A stretch of 64,000 nt of DNA, taken from positions 78,244,001 to 78,308,000 of the forward strand of contig CM060731.1 in NCBI GenBank assembly GCA_030704615.1, written 5' to 3'. This document shows, piece by piece, positions 37,607 to 48,000 of this stretch. Position 1 is the stretch's first letter, and every line of letters starts with the position of its first letter. The position numbers and the translations under genes were made by a program. The DNA is from Takakia lepidozioides. Lineage: Eukaryota; Plantae; Bryophyta. The notes beneath the pieces were generated by a model. That model did no database searches. It was not told the origin of the DNA and worked only from the letters and a program-made list of their open reading frames with translations.

Positions 37607-37695
37607 ACTTGTTTGCCCGGATCGTGTTTATCTTGCACCCGGTGCATCCGCGTTGTACTTCTACACTTGTTTTGACGCTTTATGTGAACCCTAAA
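37600..37695 (+). mobile_element. ~95-bp extreme 3' end of the non-autonomous unit, between two telomeric runs
   Basis: Matches ~37490-37585. Confidence 0.85.
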
Positions 37696-37710
37696 CCCTA
37701 AACCCTAAAA
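37687..37710 (+). repeat. Telomeric run (CCCTAAA)3 capping 5'-truncated PLE-A
   Basis: Joined directly to TTACACTTTGAGGG, which equals 41646 onward. Confidence 0.95.
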
Positions 37711-38330
37711 TTACACTTTGAGGGAGAGCACACGGGCAGGTTTTTCTGAGATCAGGCAACTGTTCTATGAGCGACTGCGTGCTCGAGGCTATCCAAAGTC
37801 TTTTATCTTGGAGTGTTTTGTGCTTTGTGACTATGCACAACGTGCTACACTGTTGACTTCAGAGTCCACTCGTAAGTTGACGGGCAAGCGGCCCCCCTTG
37901 GTTTTGAAACTTGAGCATTCGCGTTATACTCAAGCTCTAAGCTTTGAGGGAGTCCTAAACCCTAAACTTCATGAGGGCTTTTTGAAAGTTCCGCAGTTAG
38001 CGTCCTTTGACAGACCTATGGTATGTTGGAAGAGGGCACGGAACTTGCGTTCCTATCTAGTTCGTGCTATGTTACAAATCTAGAGGCTAGTTGTATTTGA
38101 GACATGCAGTTAGCTTCTAGTTTGGATGATTATCCATTTTGGAGAGAACATTAGGATGTTTTTCATCTAGATTTTCATGCGTTGGATATTTCTCCCCTAC
38201 CGAGAAAACTTTGGATGTTTTTCATCTAAGTTTTCATGTGTTGGACGATCTCTCCAGCCAAGACAATTTTGGATGTTTTCCATCCATTAGGTATTTTCTC
38301 TCCCCCCCCAGACAAGTTCACTTTCCGCAG

Positions 38331-38337
38331 TATATAA
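38331..38337 (+). promoter_or_regulatory. pLTR TATA box (also 37004, 42264, 43659, and ~11343-11349 on minus)
   Basis: GTATATAAGC conserved ~45-50 nt upstream of the hammerhead in all three pLTR types. Confidence 0.75.
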
Positions 38338-38379
38338 GCGGGGTGAGGGGTGCACATTGTATCTCTTTTCCTTCTCTTT

Positions 38380-38419
38380 CCCACTGATGAGCTCACGCGC
38401 TGAGCGAAACTAGTTTGGG
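38380..38419 (+). ncRNA. Minimal type I hammerhead ribozyme
   Basis: CCCA-CTGATGA-GCTCA cgcgc TGAGC-GAA-ACTAGT-T^TGGG. Confidence 0.9.
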
Positions 38420-38963
38420 GATTATAGAGATTTGCTTTGCTGCATCTTGTGTTCTTGTCTCTTTGTCTCATTGGCGGCGTTGTTGTTGTTTGTTGAGTTT
38501 TAGATTTGATCTTCTGCATAGTTCATTGCATTCATTTGCTTTGTGTCTATTGTAGTGCATGTTTTAAACTCCTTTTCGAGTGTTACATGTTAGATCTCCT
38601 TCTAAGACTGCTCTTTAGAGTGTCTATTCTCTTTCTCAGAGATAGGTTACTATTCTCCTGTCCTTACAGTGAATTAGTTTCATCACACACACTTGCCTCT
38701 TGCATATACTTGCATTTGCACTTTAGAACGTTGCAACATCACTCCCACTCTGTTCTATTCTAGTTTTGTGTCTCAGGATCGATTCTTTTAGTTTTGATTC
38801 ACAGGCTAGATATTTCTACAAGCTTTCTAAGGTGTCCATAACTGGCCCCCCTAAAACTTGTTTGCACTTTGCTACTAATGCACCCGGTGCATTCGCGGTT
38901 CGTACTCTGTTGCACTGCTACATGTATTTGTTTCCACTCTTTTGTAGACCCTAAACATTTGTT

Positions 38964-39920
38964 ATGATGTTAGCTGCAACTTCTGAACCTTCTTCTTCCA
39001 AGCGTCCTAGGATAGAGATGAATAGTGATGGTGCTCCTGCAGAAGATCGACCGTCTTATTCGCCTCCAAGGGATTTATCTCCTACTCCAAGGCCGCAAGT
39101 TGGGATCTTTTTCAACCAGAATGATCATTCTCCAGACTTTGTGGATGCTATTCGCAAGTTGTTGGACAACTCTCTGGCGCAGTACAAGAAGGATTTCAAG
39201 AGACTTCAACGTCTCAAGGCAACTTCCGACAAACTCAAATCTCAAAAAGCTGCCGGTGAAATTCCTCATGCTTGTAGAGTTGCTTGTCCGAAGTTGGTCA
39301 TCTCTTCTGCCTCTGTCCAGACGTCTTTGGATGCTACTGTCCTAGCAGCCACTGTTGCTTACCATTCAGCTTTGCAAACAGCTTTTATTCAAGCTCATTC
39401 TGATCTGGTACAAGAAGCTGAAGCTGTTTTGAGCAAATCCTCTGATGTTTTCATTGCTCGACTCAGGGAGATCAACGTGCATGTGGATGTATCTTCTTGC
39501 ACAGACCAGATTCAGGATTCTTCTTGGCTCTTTGATGAGCTTGACTTTGTGTGCACTCAAGCCACTACAGCCTGGTATGCCGGAATTTCTTGCTTTCGCG
39601 CCAACCACAACCTCGGTACTGCAGTGAGGGATAAGGCGTTACATGAAAGGAACCAAGCTAGAGATCAGGCCATGGCAGATGCTGATGTTCTTCCTACTGA
39701 GCCTACCATTGCCGAGCTAGTAAGGAAAGAGGTGCAGAAACAACTTTCCCACTCACGAAAGAAAACTTCTCTCTCTCCTACTCGCCCTAAGCAACATCAA
39801 CGAGCGCGTTCTTCCTCTCCTAACCACAAGAGGCGACAACAGCGTGGCCGCTCTCACCTGCTCGACGAGTCTCCAAGACTCAACCTACCAGCCGAGGCAC
39901 TTCAGCAAAAGCCAAGGTAA
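38964..39920 (+). CDS. PLE-A ORF1 (helical/coiled-coil-like, basic S/R-rich tail); true C-terminus probably continues in the -1 frame to ~40161
   Basis: 318-aa ORF starting 7 nt after the pLTR CCCTAAAC; homologous to PLE-B ORF1. Confidence 0.85.
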   Translation: MMLAATSEPSSSKRPRIEMNSDGAPAEDRPSYSPPRDLSPTPRPQVGIFFNQNDHSPDFVDAIRKLLDNSLAQYKKDFKRLQRLKATSDKLKSQKAAGEIPHACRVACPKLVISSASVQTSLDATVLAATVAYHSALQTAFIQAHSDLVQEAEAVLSKSSDVFIARLREINVHVDVSSCTDQIQDSSWLFDELDFVCTQATTAWYAGISCFRANHNLGTAVRDKALHERNQARDQAMADADVLPTEPTIAELVRKEVQKQLSHSRKKTSLSPTRPKQHQRARSSSPNHKRRQQRGRSHLLDESPRLNLPAEALQQKPR

Positions 39921-39951
39921 CTTTCTCCAAGGCAAACTCTTCAAAGCAGCA

Positions 39952-39998
39952 GGGAAATGGCCAACAGCGGAATGGGACTGCTCGCACCCGTTTCGCTG
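39952..39998 (+). promoter_or_regulatory. Probable -1 programmed ribosomal frameshift signal
   Basis: G GGA AAT heptamer, 6-nt spacer, 12-bp hairpin CAGCGGAATGGG/CCCGTTTCGCTG; conserved in PLE-B (26677-26683, minus). Confidence 0.75.
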
Positions 39999-42018
39999 CA
40001 TCGCGTTCATCTTCTCCGAGCAAATCCGCCCTACGTTCTCAGACCCGTTCTGGTTCTGGACAACAAAAGTCGGGGCAAAACCAACAACAGAAGCTCGAGA
40101 AGAAGGTCACATGGGCAGATCCAAGCCGAAGAGAGCTCGCAAGCTCTTCTGGTGGCCGTTGAGGGATGTAGAAGGCTATAAGCTTTATCTTTTTTCTTGC
40201 AAGAGAGTCTCTCAGGCAGAGAACAGGTTAACCAACGTGGCCATCCACAACATGGCCAATCGTCCACTCTCTTGTTTTGAAAAGAAGCTTTTAGGCCTAG
40301 GTTTGAGTTTTATTCCTCATCCCACTCCTCCTTCTCCCTCTTCTATTCTTGATGCTTATGACTCTTTGGCTCGATCTTTACGTCTTCGATATCACTTCAG
40401 GGATGCTAGAGATAGACCCATTCCTCCTTTCAGAGTTCCTCAACCTTCTTGGGATCAGTGTGTGCGACTTCCTGCTTTGGAAAGCATTATCATCGAGGGT
40501 CGCAACATTGTAGAGACTCGGTTAAGGGAGGTGGCTCGCTCTGCCTACAGGTCTTCTATTCGAGGTCACCTCAAGTCTGCGATACGCTGTCTGAGCAGAG
40601 ATGAGTCCATCGTCATCAAGCCAGCAGACAAAAATCTTGGGTTGGTGATCATGCGGAAGGACTGGTATGTGGATGAGGCACACCGCCAACTCCACGATGG
40701 ACAAGTTTACGAATCCGTGGCAGAGATCCCATTTGACAATCTCACATATGGTTTGGATGCATTGCTCGCTTCCGCTCTCTTGTTTGGATTGATTGACAGG
40801 CAGACAAGGGACTTTTTGGCGTTCAAGCCCCAAGGGGGCTACCGACCCTGCATGTTTTATCTCGTGCCCAAAATGCACAAGCCTGTGGTGGTTGGGAGGC
40901 CGATTTGTTCATACAACGGATATGTTTTTGAGCACGCATCCAAGTGGTTGCATCACCATCTGTTTCCCATTCTGCTCGAGGAAGATAACCATTTGATAGA
41001 TTCTATTTCTTTGTTGAAAGATCTGTCGGATAGGCAACTTCCTGGCGACGTGCTTTTATTCACCTTTGATGTGGAGTCATTGTATCCTAGCATTCCTACT
41101 GGGGACGGGCTTCGACGATTGAAGGAGATGATTGCCGGCAAGTTCAAGTCACCTCGGTTTGAAAGATTCGTCCTGAGTCTTTCTCGCATGGTGTTGGAGA
41201 ATAACTATCTTCAATTTGGCTCGAGCTATTGGCATCAGATCCGAGGCACGGCAATGGGTAGCAACTTTGCTGTTGTTTATGCTTGTCTCTTTCTTTGCAG
41301 CTTAGAAAGAGAGTTGGCTGGTGCTGGAGGAGGCATGTGGCCTCTATACTACAAGAGATACATCGATGATGGATTTGGAATTTGGGCAGGATCTCGGGCA
41401 AGTTTGGAGGCTTGGCTCGATGGATACAACTCTCTTAGTCCCACAATTCGGATTCAAAGGGTAATCTCTGAGTCTACGGTTGACATTCTTGATATTCAGT
41501 TCTTCAAGGGAGTTGATTTTGTCAACCGTGGGATTTTATCTTCGAGATGTCATCAAAAGGCACTCAACAGATACCAGTATTTGCCATGGACCTCGTGTCA
41601 TCCACGACACCAAAAACGAGCATTCATCATCGGCGAATTACGACGTTACACTTTGAGGGAGAGCACACGGGCAGGTTTTTCTGAGATCAGGCAACTGTTC
41701 TATGAGCGACTGCGTGCTCGAGGCTATCCAAAGTCTTTTATCTTGGAGTGTTTTGTGCTTTGTGACTATGCACAACGTGCTACACTGTTGACTTCAGAGT
41801 CCACTCGTAAGTTGACGGGCAAGCGGCCCCCCTTGGTTTTGAAACTTGAGCATTCGCGTTATACTCAAGCTCTAAGCTTTGAGGGAGTCCTAAACCCTAA
41901 ACTTCATGAGGGCTTTTGAAAGTTCCGCAGTTAGCGTCCTTTTGACAGACCTATGGTATGTTGGAAGAGGGCACGGAACTTGCGTTCCTATCTAGTTCGT
42001 GCTATGTTACAAATCTAG
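39952..42018 (+). CDS. PLE-A ORF2 reverse transcriptase without endonuclease; compensating 1-bp indels at ~41915 and ~41941 are probably sequence errors
   Basis: LLGLGLSF, KPADKNLG, PKMHK, GRPI, FDVESLY, QIRGTAMGS, YKRYIDD, SCHP; the duplicate at 37718-38083 reads through to RSYLVRAMLQI*. Confidence 0.93.
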
Positions 42019-42312
42019 AGGCTAGTTGTATTTGAGACATGCAGTTAGCTTCTAGTTTGGATGATTATCCATTTTGGAGAGAACATTAGGATGTTTTTCA
42101 TCTAGATTTTCATGCGTTGGATATTTCTCCCCTACCGAGAAAACTTTGGATGTTTTCATCTAAGTTTTCATGTGTTGGACGATCTCTCCAGCCAAGACAA
42201 TTTTGGATGTTTTCCATCCATTAGGTATTTTCTCCCCCCCCCAGACAAGTTCACTTTCCGCAGTATATAAGCGGGGTGAGGGGTGCACATTGTATCTCTT
42301 TTCCTTCTCTTT

Positions 42313-42352
42313 CCCACTGATGAGCTCACGCGCTGAGCGAAACTAGTTTGGG
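42313..42352 (+). ncRNA. Minimal type I hammerhead ribozyme
   Basis: Same as 38380-38419. Confidence 0.9.
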
Positions 42353-42878
42353 ATTATAGAGATTGCTTTGCTGCATCTTGTGTTCTTGTCTCTTTGTCTC
42401 ATTGGCGGCGTTGTTGTTGTTGTTGAGTTTTAGATTTGATCTTCTGCATAGTTCATTGCATTCATTTGCTTTGTGTCTATTGTAGTGCATGTTTTAAACT
42501 CCTTTTCGAGTGTTACATGTTAGATCTCCTTCTAAGACTGCTCTTTAGAGTGTCTATTCTCTTTCTCAGAGATAGGTTACTATTCTCCTGTCCTTACAGT
42601 GAATTAGTTTCATCACACACACTTGCCTCTTGCATATACTTGCATTTGCACTTTAGAACGTTGCAACATCACTCCCACTCTGTTCTATTCTAGTTTTGTG
42701 TCTCAGGATCGATTCTTTTAGTTTTGATTCACAGGCTAGATATTTCTACAAGCTTTCTAAGGTGTCCATAACTGGCCCCCCTAAAAACTTGTTTGCACTT
42801 TGCTACTAATGCACCCGGTGCATTCGCGGTTCGTACTCTGTTGCACTGCTACATGTATTTGTTTCCACTCTTTTGTTG

Positions 42879-42903
42879 ACCCTAAACCCTAAACCCTAAA
42901 CCC
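42879..42903 (+). repeat. Telomeric run between the PLE-A 3' end and a 5'-truncated non-autonomous unit
   Basis: ACCCTAAACCCTAAACCCTAAACCC. Confidence 0.95.
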
Positions 42904-44714
42904 ATACTTCTATTCTAGTTTCCTGTCTCTCAGGATCTCTCCTTTCAGGTTTGATTCACAGGATCTGAAATTTTTCCAGGGGTGCATAACTGGCCCCCCT
43001 AAAACTTGTTTGCCCTGATCGTGTTTGTCTTGCACCCGGTGCATCCGCGTTGTACTGCTGCACTTGTTTTGACGCTTTATGCGAACCCTAAACTTTCTTA
43101 TAGTGTTAGCTGCAACACATCTTTAATCGCCTTCACGTAATGGAGGCAGATGTTGATCTTCATTCTTTTGACCAAGCTGCTCACTCATGTGATGAGGCAA
43201 CAATACGAAGACCGAGCCGTGTTTCGTCTTGGAGGTCGGAAGGTGGGGATCGTGGTTGGACACGTTCAGGACAACACAGCTGCAGGCTTTAGCAAGACGA
43301 TGGTTGCGCGATGGTCTGCGTGTGCAAAGCTCTTACGAGTTGTGCGTTCCTTTCGAAGTGGTTTCAGCCCTTACGACTTTGCACAACATGCTCTAACTTC
43401 AGCATAATTGGTTGTTGCATAGTCATAAACTCACGGAGTTAGTTGTATTTGAGAGATATGCAATTGACTATTTGGATGATTTTTATTCTTTGGATCTAGT
43501 TCTCTCTTGTCGAGAACTTGTTTTCATCCACTGGATGACTTTCTCCCACCGAGACTTTTTGGACTATTCTCTCCGTACGAGACGTCTGTTGGATGGTTTT
43601 TCTCCTCACGAGACATCCACTGGAAGATTGTCCACACGAGGCAGTTCACTCCTAGTAGTATATAAGCGGGGGGTGGGGTTTGTATCTCATTCCTTTTCTT
43701 TCCCACTGATGAGCTCACGCGCTGAGCGAAACTAGTCTGGGGTCTATAAAGATTTGGCTTCACTACTTTGCATGATCTTGCCTCGTGGTCTCACCCTTTG
43801 AAGTTGTCGAGTTTTAGATGCGTTTGTATCCCCTGCTTTAGATCATTGCATTGTTATGTGCTCTGTGTCTATACGGCATGCCATAAACTCCCTTTCGAGT
43901 AGTGCATGTGAGATCTGCATCTAAGTTGTTCCTAGTGTGTCCATTCTCTTGCAAAACAGAGATAGGGTTCTTATTCTCCTGTGCATCCAGTGAAATAGTT
44001 CTCATACGTACATCTTGCATAGGTTTGCAGTTGCATTTCAGGACACCTCGCATACTTCTATTCTAGTTTCCTGTCTCTCAGGATCTCTTCTTTCAGGTTT
44101 GATTCACAGGATCTGAAATTTTTCCAGGGGTGCATAACTGGCCCCCCTAAAACTTGTTTGCCCGGATCGTGTTTGTCTTGCACCCGGTGCATCCGCGTTG
44201 TACTGCTGCACTTGTTTTGACGCTTTATGCGAACCCTAAACTTTCTTATAGTGTTAGCTGCAACACATCTTTAATCGCCTTCACGTAATGGAGGCAGATG
44301 TTGATCTTCATTCTTTTGACCAAGCTGCTCATTCATGTGATGAGGCAACAATACGAAGACCGAGCCGTGTTTCGTCTTGGAGGTCGGAAGGTGGGGATCG
44401 TGGTTGGACACGTTCAGGACAACACAGCTGCAGGCTTTAGCAAGACGATGGTTGCGCGATGGTCTGCGTGTGCAAAGCTCTTACGAGTTGTGCGTTCCTT
44501 TCGAAGTGGTTTCAGCCCTTACGACTTTGCACAACATGCTCTAACTTCAGCATAATTGGTTGTTGCATAGTCATAAACTCACGGAGTTAGTTGTATTTGA
44601 GAGATATGCAATTGACTATTTGGATGATTTTTATTCTTTGGATCTAGTTCTCTCTTGTCGAGAACTTGTTTTCATCCACTGGATGACTTTCTCCCACCGA
44701 GACTTTTTGGACTA
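42903..44714 (+). mobile_element. Non-autonomous PLE-related unit, ~1.6 tandem copies (period 1148 bp), abutting unique DNA
   Basis: CATACTTCTATTCTAG at 42903 and 44051; homology stops at GGACTA 44714. Confidence 0.88.
43702..43741 (+). ncRNA. Minimal type I hammerhead ribozyme
   Basis: CCCA-CTGATGA-GCTCA cgcgc TGAGC-GAA-ACTAGT-C^TGGG. Confidence 0.92.
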
Positions 44715-46789
44715 GAACATCTTGTGAGCAGTCGCTCCCAGGTTTCCTTTCTGGAAAAAAAAGAAAGAAAAAAAGAACATCACATATTCTTTAAAACCAT
44801 TAAATTATATATTAATGGAAATAACTATCCAGGTATTCATACCCTCTGGGTATATTTTGGCATATATATCCATACCCGGGGGTTATATAGAAATCTGAAA
44901 AGTTAATTTACCCATACCCGGAGGGTAAATAAGTTTTTGAGATTTCAATTTATCCATACCCGGAGGGTAAATGATTTGACAAAAATAATTTACTTATACC
45001 CTAAGGATATATTGAAATCAATATACCCAAACAACACTGCTATGGCAGCCATGGCGGGAGGAGACCAGACATCTAGGACTCGCAAACCGAGACTGGAAAG
45101 ATGCCCACAGAAGGTGATGCGTATTGTTCAGGAAGTGTGATATGTGGGCCTACTCTCTTTGCTCTATTTTATATACGAGAGAAAGGCCACCGCTTGATGG
45201 CTTGTGACATTGGTACGGATGTGTGGACTGAAGTTGCTGTACAAATGCCTGATTTTGGAGCTTGTTCTGGAATGTTGTAGACTCATATCGCCACATGTGT
45301 ACACTCATGTACAAGGGAGGTCATGATCAGTGTTGGACTGGTATCGTATTTTGAACACACCAGACTGGTGCTGGTATATAGGCCTCCGGCCAATTGTGAT
45401 ACCATGGAGGGACTGGTATTGGCAAAAATCTAAGATTTTGATACCATGGTGGTATCAATAATACATGATTAGTGTGGTGTTTTACGGGTATCAATAGCAA
45501 GAGTTTTTAGAAATCAATACCAGGGTAATATCAATCCTGGTCTGGTATAAAAAAAACTCCCACTTCTCATATAAATGTGTACAAGCATGCATCTCATTGA
45601 TATTATTCCTCAACATATCCAGCTTCACATATTTCATCTTCTGGCCTGATTTTTATTTTGCTTATTGAAAGCTGCATCCATATCGTGCATAGTGCATACT
45701 GCGCCGTCGATATTGATACCTAGGTTTTCCTGACAAAAATGGACCTGGTATCAAGTACCAGATTTTCAACCACCTACCAGACTGGTAGGGTATCGTCCAC
45801 AGTACTAGGAAGCACATACCAGGCCAATACGGGTATATGCTAGGTAGTGGCCTGAGGTGACACCAGACTTGGTCTGTACTTCATACCAGTATACATACCA
45901 ATATTGATACCAGTTTCTTATCGGTATACCAGTCCAAAACTGGTCATGATATGTGACAATTACATTTTGAGGAGTTATTTTCGTTTGTTGCCAAGTTGGG
46001 ATTCTTTGAGCGTTGGGATAAGTGCGCGAAGTGAGGAGGGTTTGGGTAAGCGGTGGGAGGGGGTCCATTTCTTTGGATTTGGACCAACAGCAAATTCTAA
46101 TCCTCCCAATCCTTTCCAAAACTCCCCCATACACCAGTTAACTTAGTCCTTTTACCCTGTTTATGTACTGTCTCAAGGCGGTGGCCCCTCCTAGTCTATA
46201 AGGGGGCACCACCTCATCCTACTTCTGCAAAGCTCTATTATTGACGGACAGACTGTCTATCTTTACACATCTGTCTTGGCAGAGGTGCGACGGAGTCCAC
46301 CTATATCCTATACTGGGACAGACGGAGGGTTGAGCCAGCAATGAATAAACTCTCTGGAAGCTAGAACTGATGGGTATGATCTCTTGGTCGCAACTGACTC
46401 TTTGTGAGACAGATGGGAGAGAACGTTTACTCGGCAGGATTGTGGTGAGTCAAAGAGAAAACATGTATATATCATATCATGGGTCAGTCTTGCAACAGCA
46501 TGATTCCACTTGATAGAGCAGTTGATGGGGGTTTGTCAATCACTGATACAATGAAAAACACACGGAGAAAGGAACAGAAGAAAGAAGAACACCTAGTTTA
46601 TGTACACTGGGAAGAATAACTGGGGATGCTGATTGCTTATAAGTGAATGCAATCTGAAGCCCATCGTATCGGGAGCTGCTCCATCCGCTTTTGTGAGATT
46701 CTTACGGCTGATCTGGGGGAGCTGCAGCACCCTTATATAGATGGTGGACATGATCAGTTGGCTCTTTTCTTTATGGTGACCCGCGCTGG

Positions 46790-48000
46790 CTATTCATCTT
46801 CACTGTCGTCGAGGATCTGCAAGTAGACTTTACCGGAGCCATCCTGGGTGGAACACTCTAGATAGTCCAGACTGCATGAAATCTGCTTGACTGGGTTGAG
46901 ATTTCCAACGGACCTTATAGGATTGGCAGCACTGGAAATCCCGGATGCCTTGGTGTGATCAAGATCATGCCCCAGAGACCCCCTTCTGCAGGACAATGAA
47001 TTGGTGCGCATGATGCAGTTGCGTCCCTCAGAATCAGGACCCTCCTCCTCTGGCGACTCCTGTCCAGATTCTTCATTCTGTCTCTCATTATTGAAGACCT
47101 TGTTAATTCTCTTCGGATGGCAACGTCGGTGCCGATCAGAGCTGGATGTTTTTCCCCTTTCGACTAGACTAGCATGACTTGCAGTTTTCTCTTTGCCTGT
47201 GGACTTGGAAAACACTCGCACCAAAAAATGGGGGTAGGCAATCAGAGTGAAGTACACCAGGTCTCCTGTCTGCAGCTTATAATCCAAGGAAAACTCTCTC
47301 CAACCTCGACGTTTTAGGTAAGGTCGAGCTGTCCGTGATTCTGGAAAAGCCCAGCCCAAATGCACCTTCCATAACCGCCCATTTGGGCTCTCAAGTATGA
47401 AGTGTGGACATTTTCTCAGGTTTATGTTCATGTTGGAGTACGTTCTCATGAACTCTCTCGGCAGATACTGTCATGAACAAAGACCTCTATCAGATCAGAG
47501 TCTAATCCCAAATTCTTATAATGTGAAATTTCTGCGCGTGATTGATTGAGGACTCAAGACTTAGTAGGGTAGTCGGCCACTCTAGACATACAAGTCACGA
47601 ATGTAATATACCCCCAAGTACACACATATCTAAAACTGGTAGACTCCAAAACACTCATCCTCAGTTGTCTTAACTTTGCAAGCTCTAGCCATGTACTTAT
47701 GCCTCTTTTCAAGACATGCGTACAGCATCTACACTTCAAACAACTGCAAACTGGGCATCTCCACACAAAAGCAAGCGTGAAAGCACACAAATTCTAAAGG
47801 TGCTCATACTGGTGCAGCTTTGACTCGTTAAGATATCAAGTAAATCTTACCAAGACCTCCCGACCTTTCACAGCGGTCGACTGGCGTACGATCTTCAGGA
47901 AGGAGGGCTGAACTTCGGTCGCGCAAGACGTTGCCGAGCGATGTACTCCTGGTGGAAATTCTGGAAATTCATGACGAGAGGTTTCAGGGACCTTCTTCAT
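46790..48000 (-). CDS. B3-domain (REM-like) protein; exons 48000-47851 and 47467-46790, ~275 aa
   Basis: Spliced reading PSFLKIV...EVL|YLPREF...LESPNGRLWKV...GWREFSLDYKLQTGDLVYF; phase-0 GT-AG intron. Confidence 0.85.

Larger units (their letters stand above)
37711..42887 (+). mobile_element. Endonuclease-less Penelope-like element PLE-A, partial tandem: RT 3' end + pLTR (38084-38956), ORF1, RT ORF2, pLTR (42019-42887)
   Basis: 37711-38956 repeats 41646-42887 almost exactly; PLE-type RT; no GIY-YIG; telomere repeat at the 3' end. Confidence 0.95.

Noticed and set aside
39917-39952. Intron reconciling the ORF1 and ORF2 frames
   Set aside because: Would be only ~30-36 nt, and the GT donor is absent in PLE-B.
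39844-41919. Telomerase (TERT) gene
   Set aside because: Intronless and multicopy, with pLTRs, ORF1 and PLE-type motifs (ADK, GTAMG, RYIDD); no TERT T motif recognised.
41900-42100. GIY-YIG endonuclease after the PLE RT
   Set aside because: The ORF ends at RSYLVRAMLQI* with no GIY/YIG motif in any copy.
44820-45950. MITEs suggested by ATACCC/GGGTA and ATACCAG/CTGGTAT motif clusters
   Set aside because: Repeated motifs are visible, but I could not define termini or TSDs.
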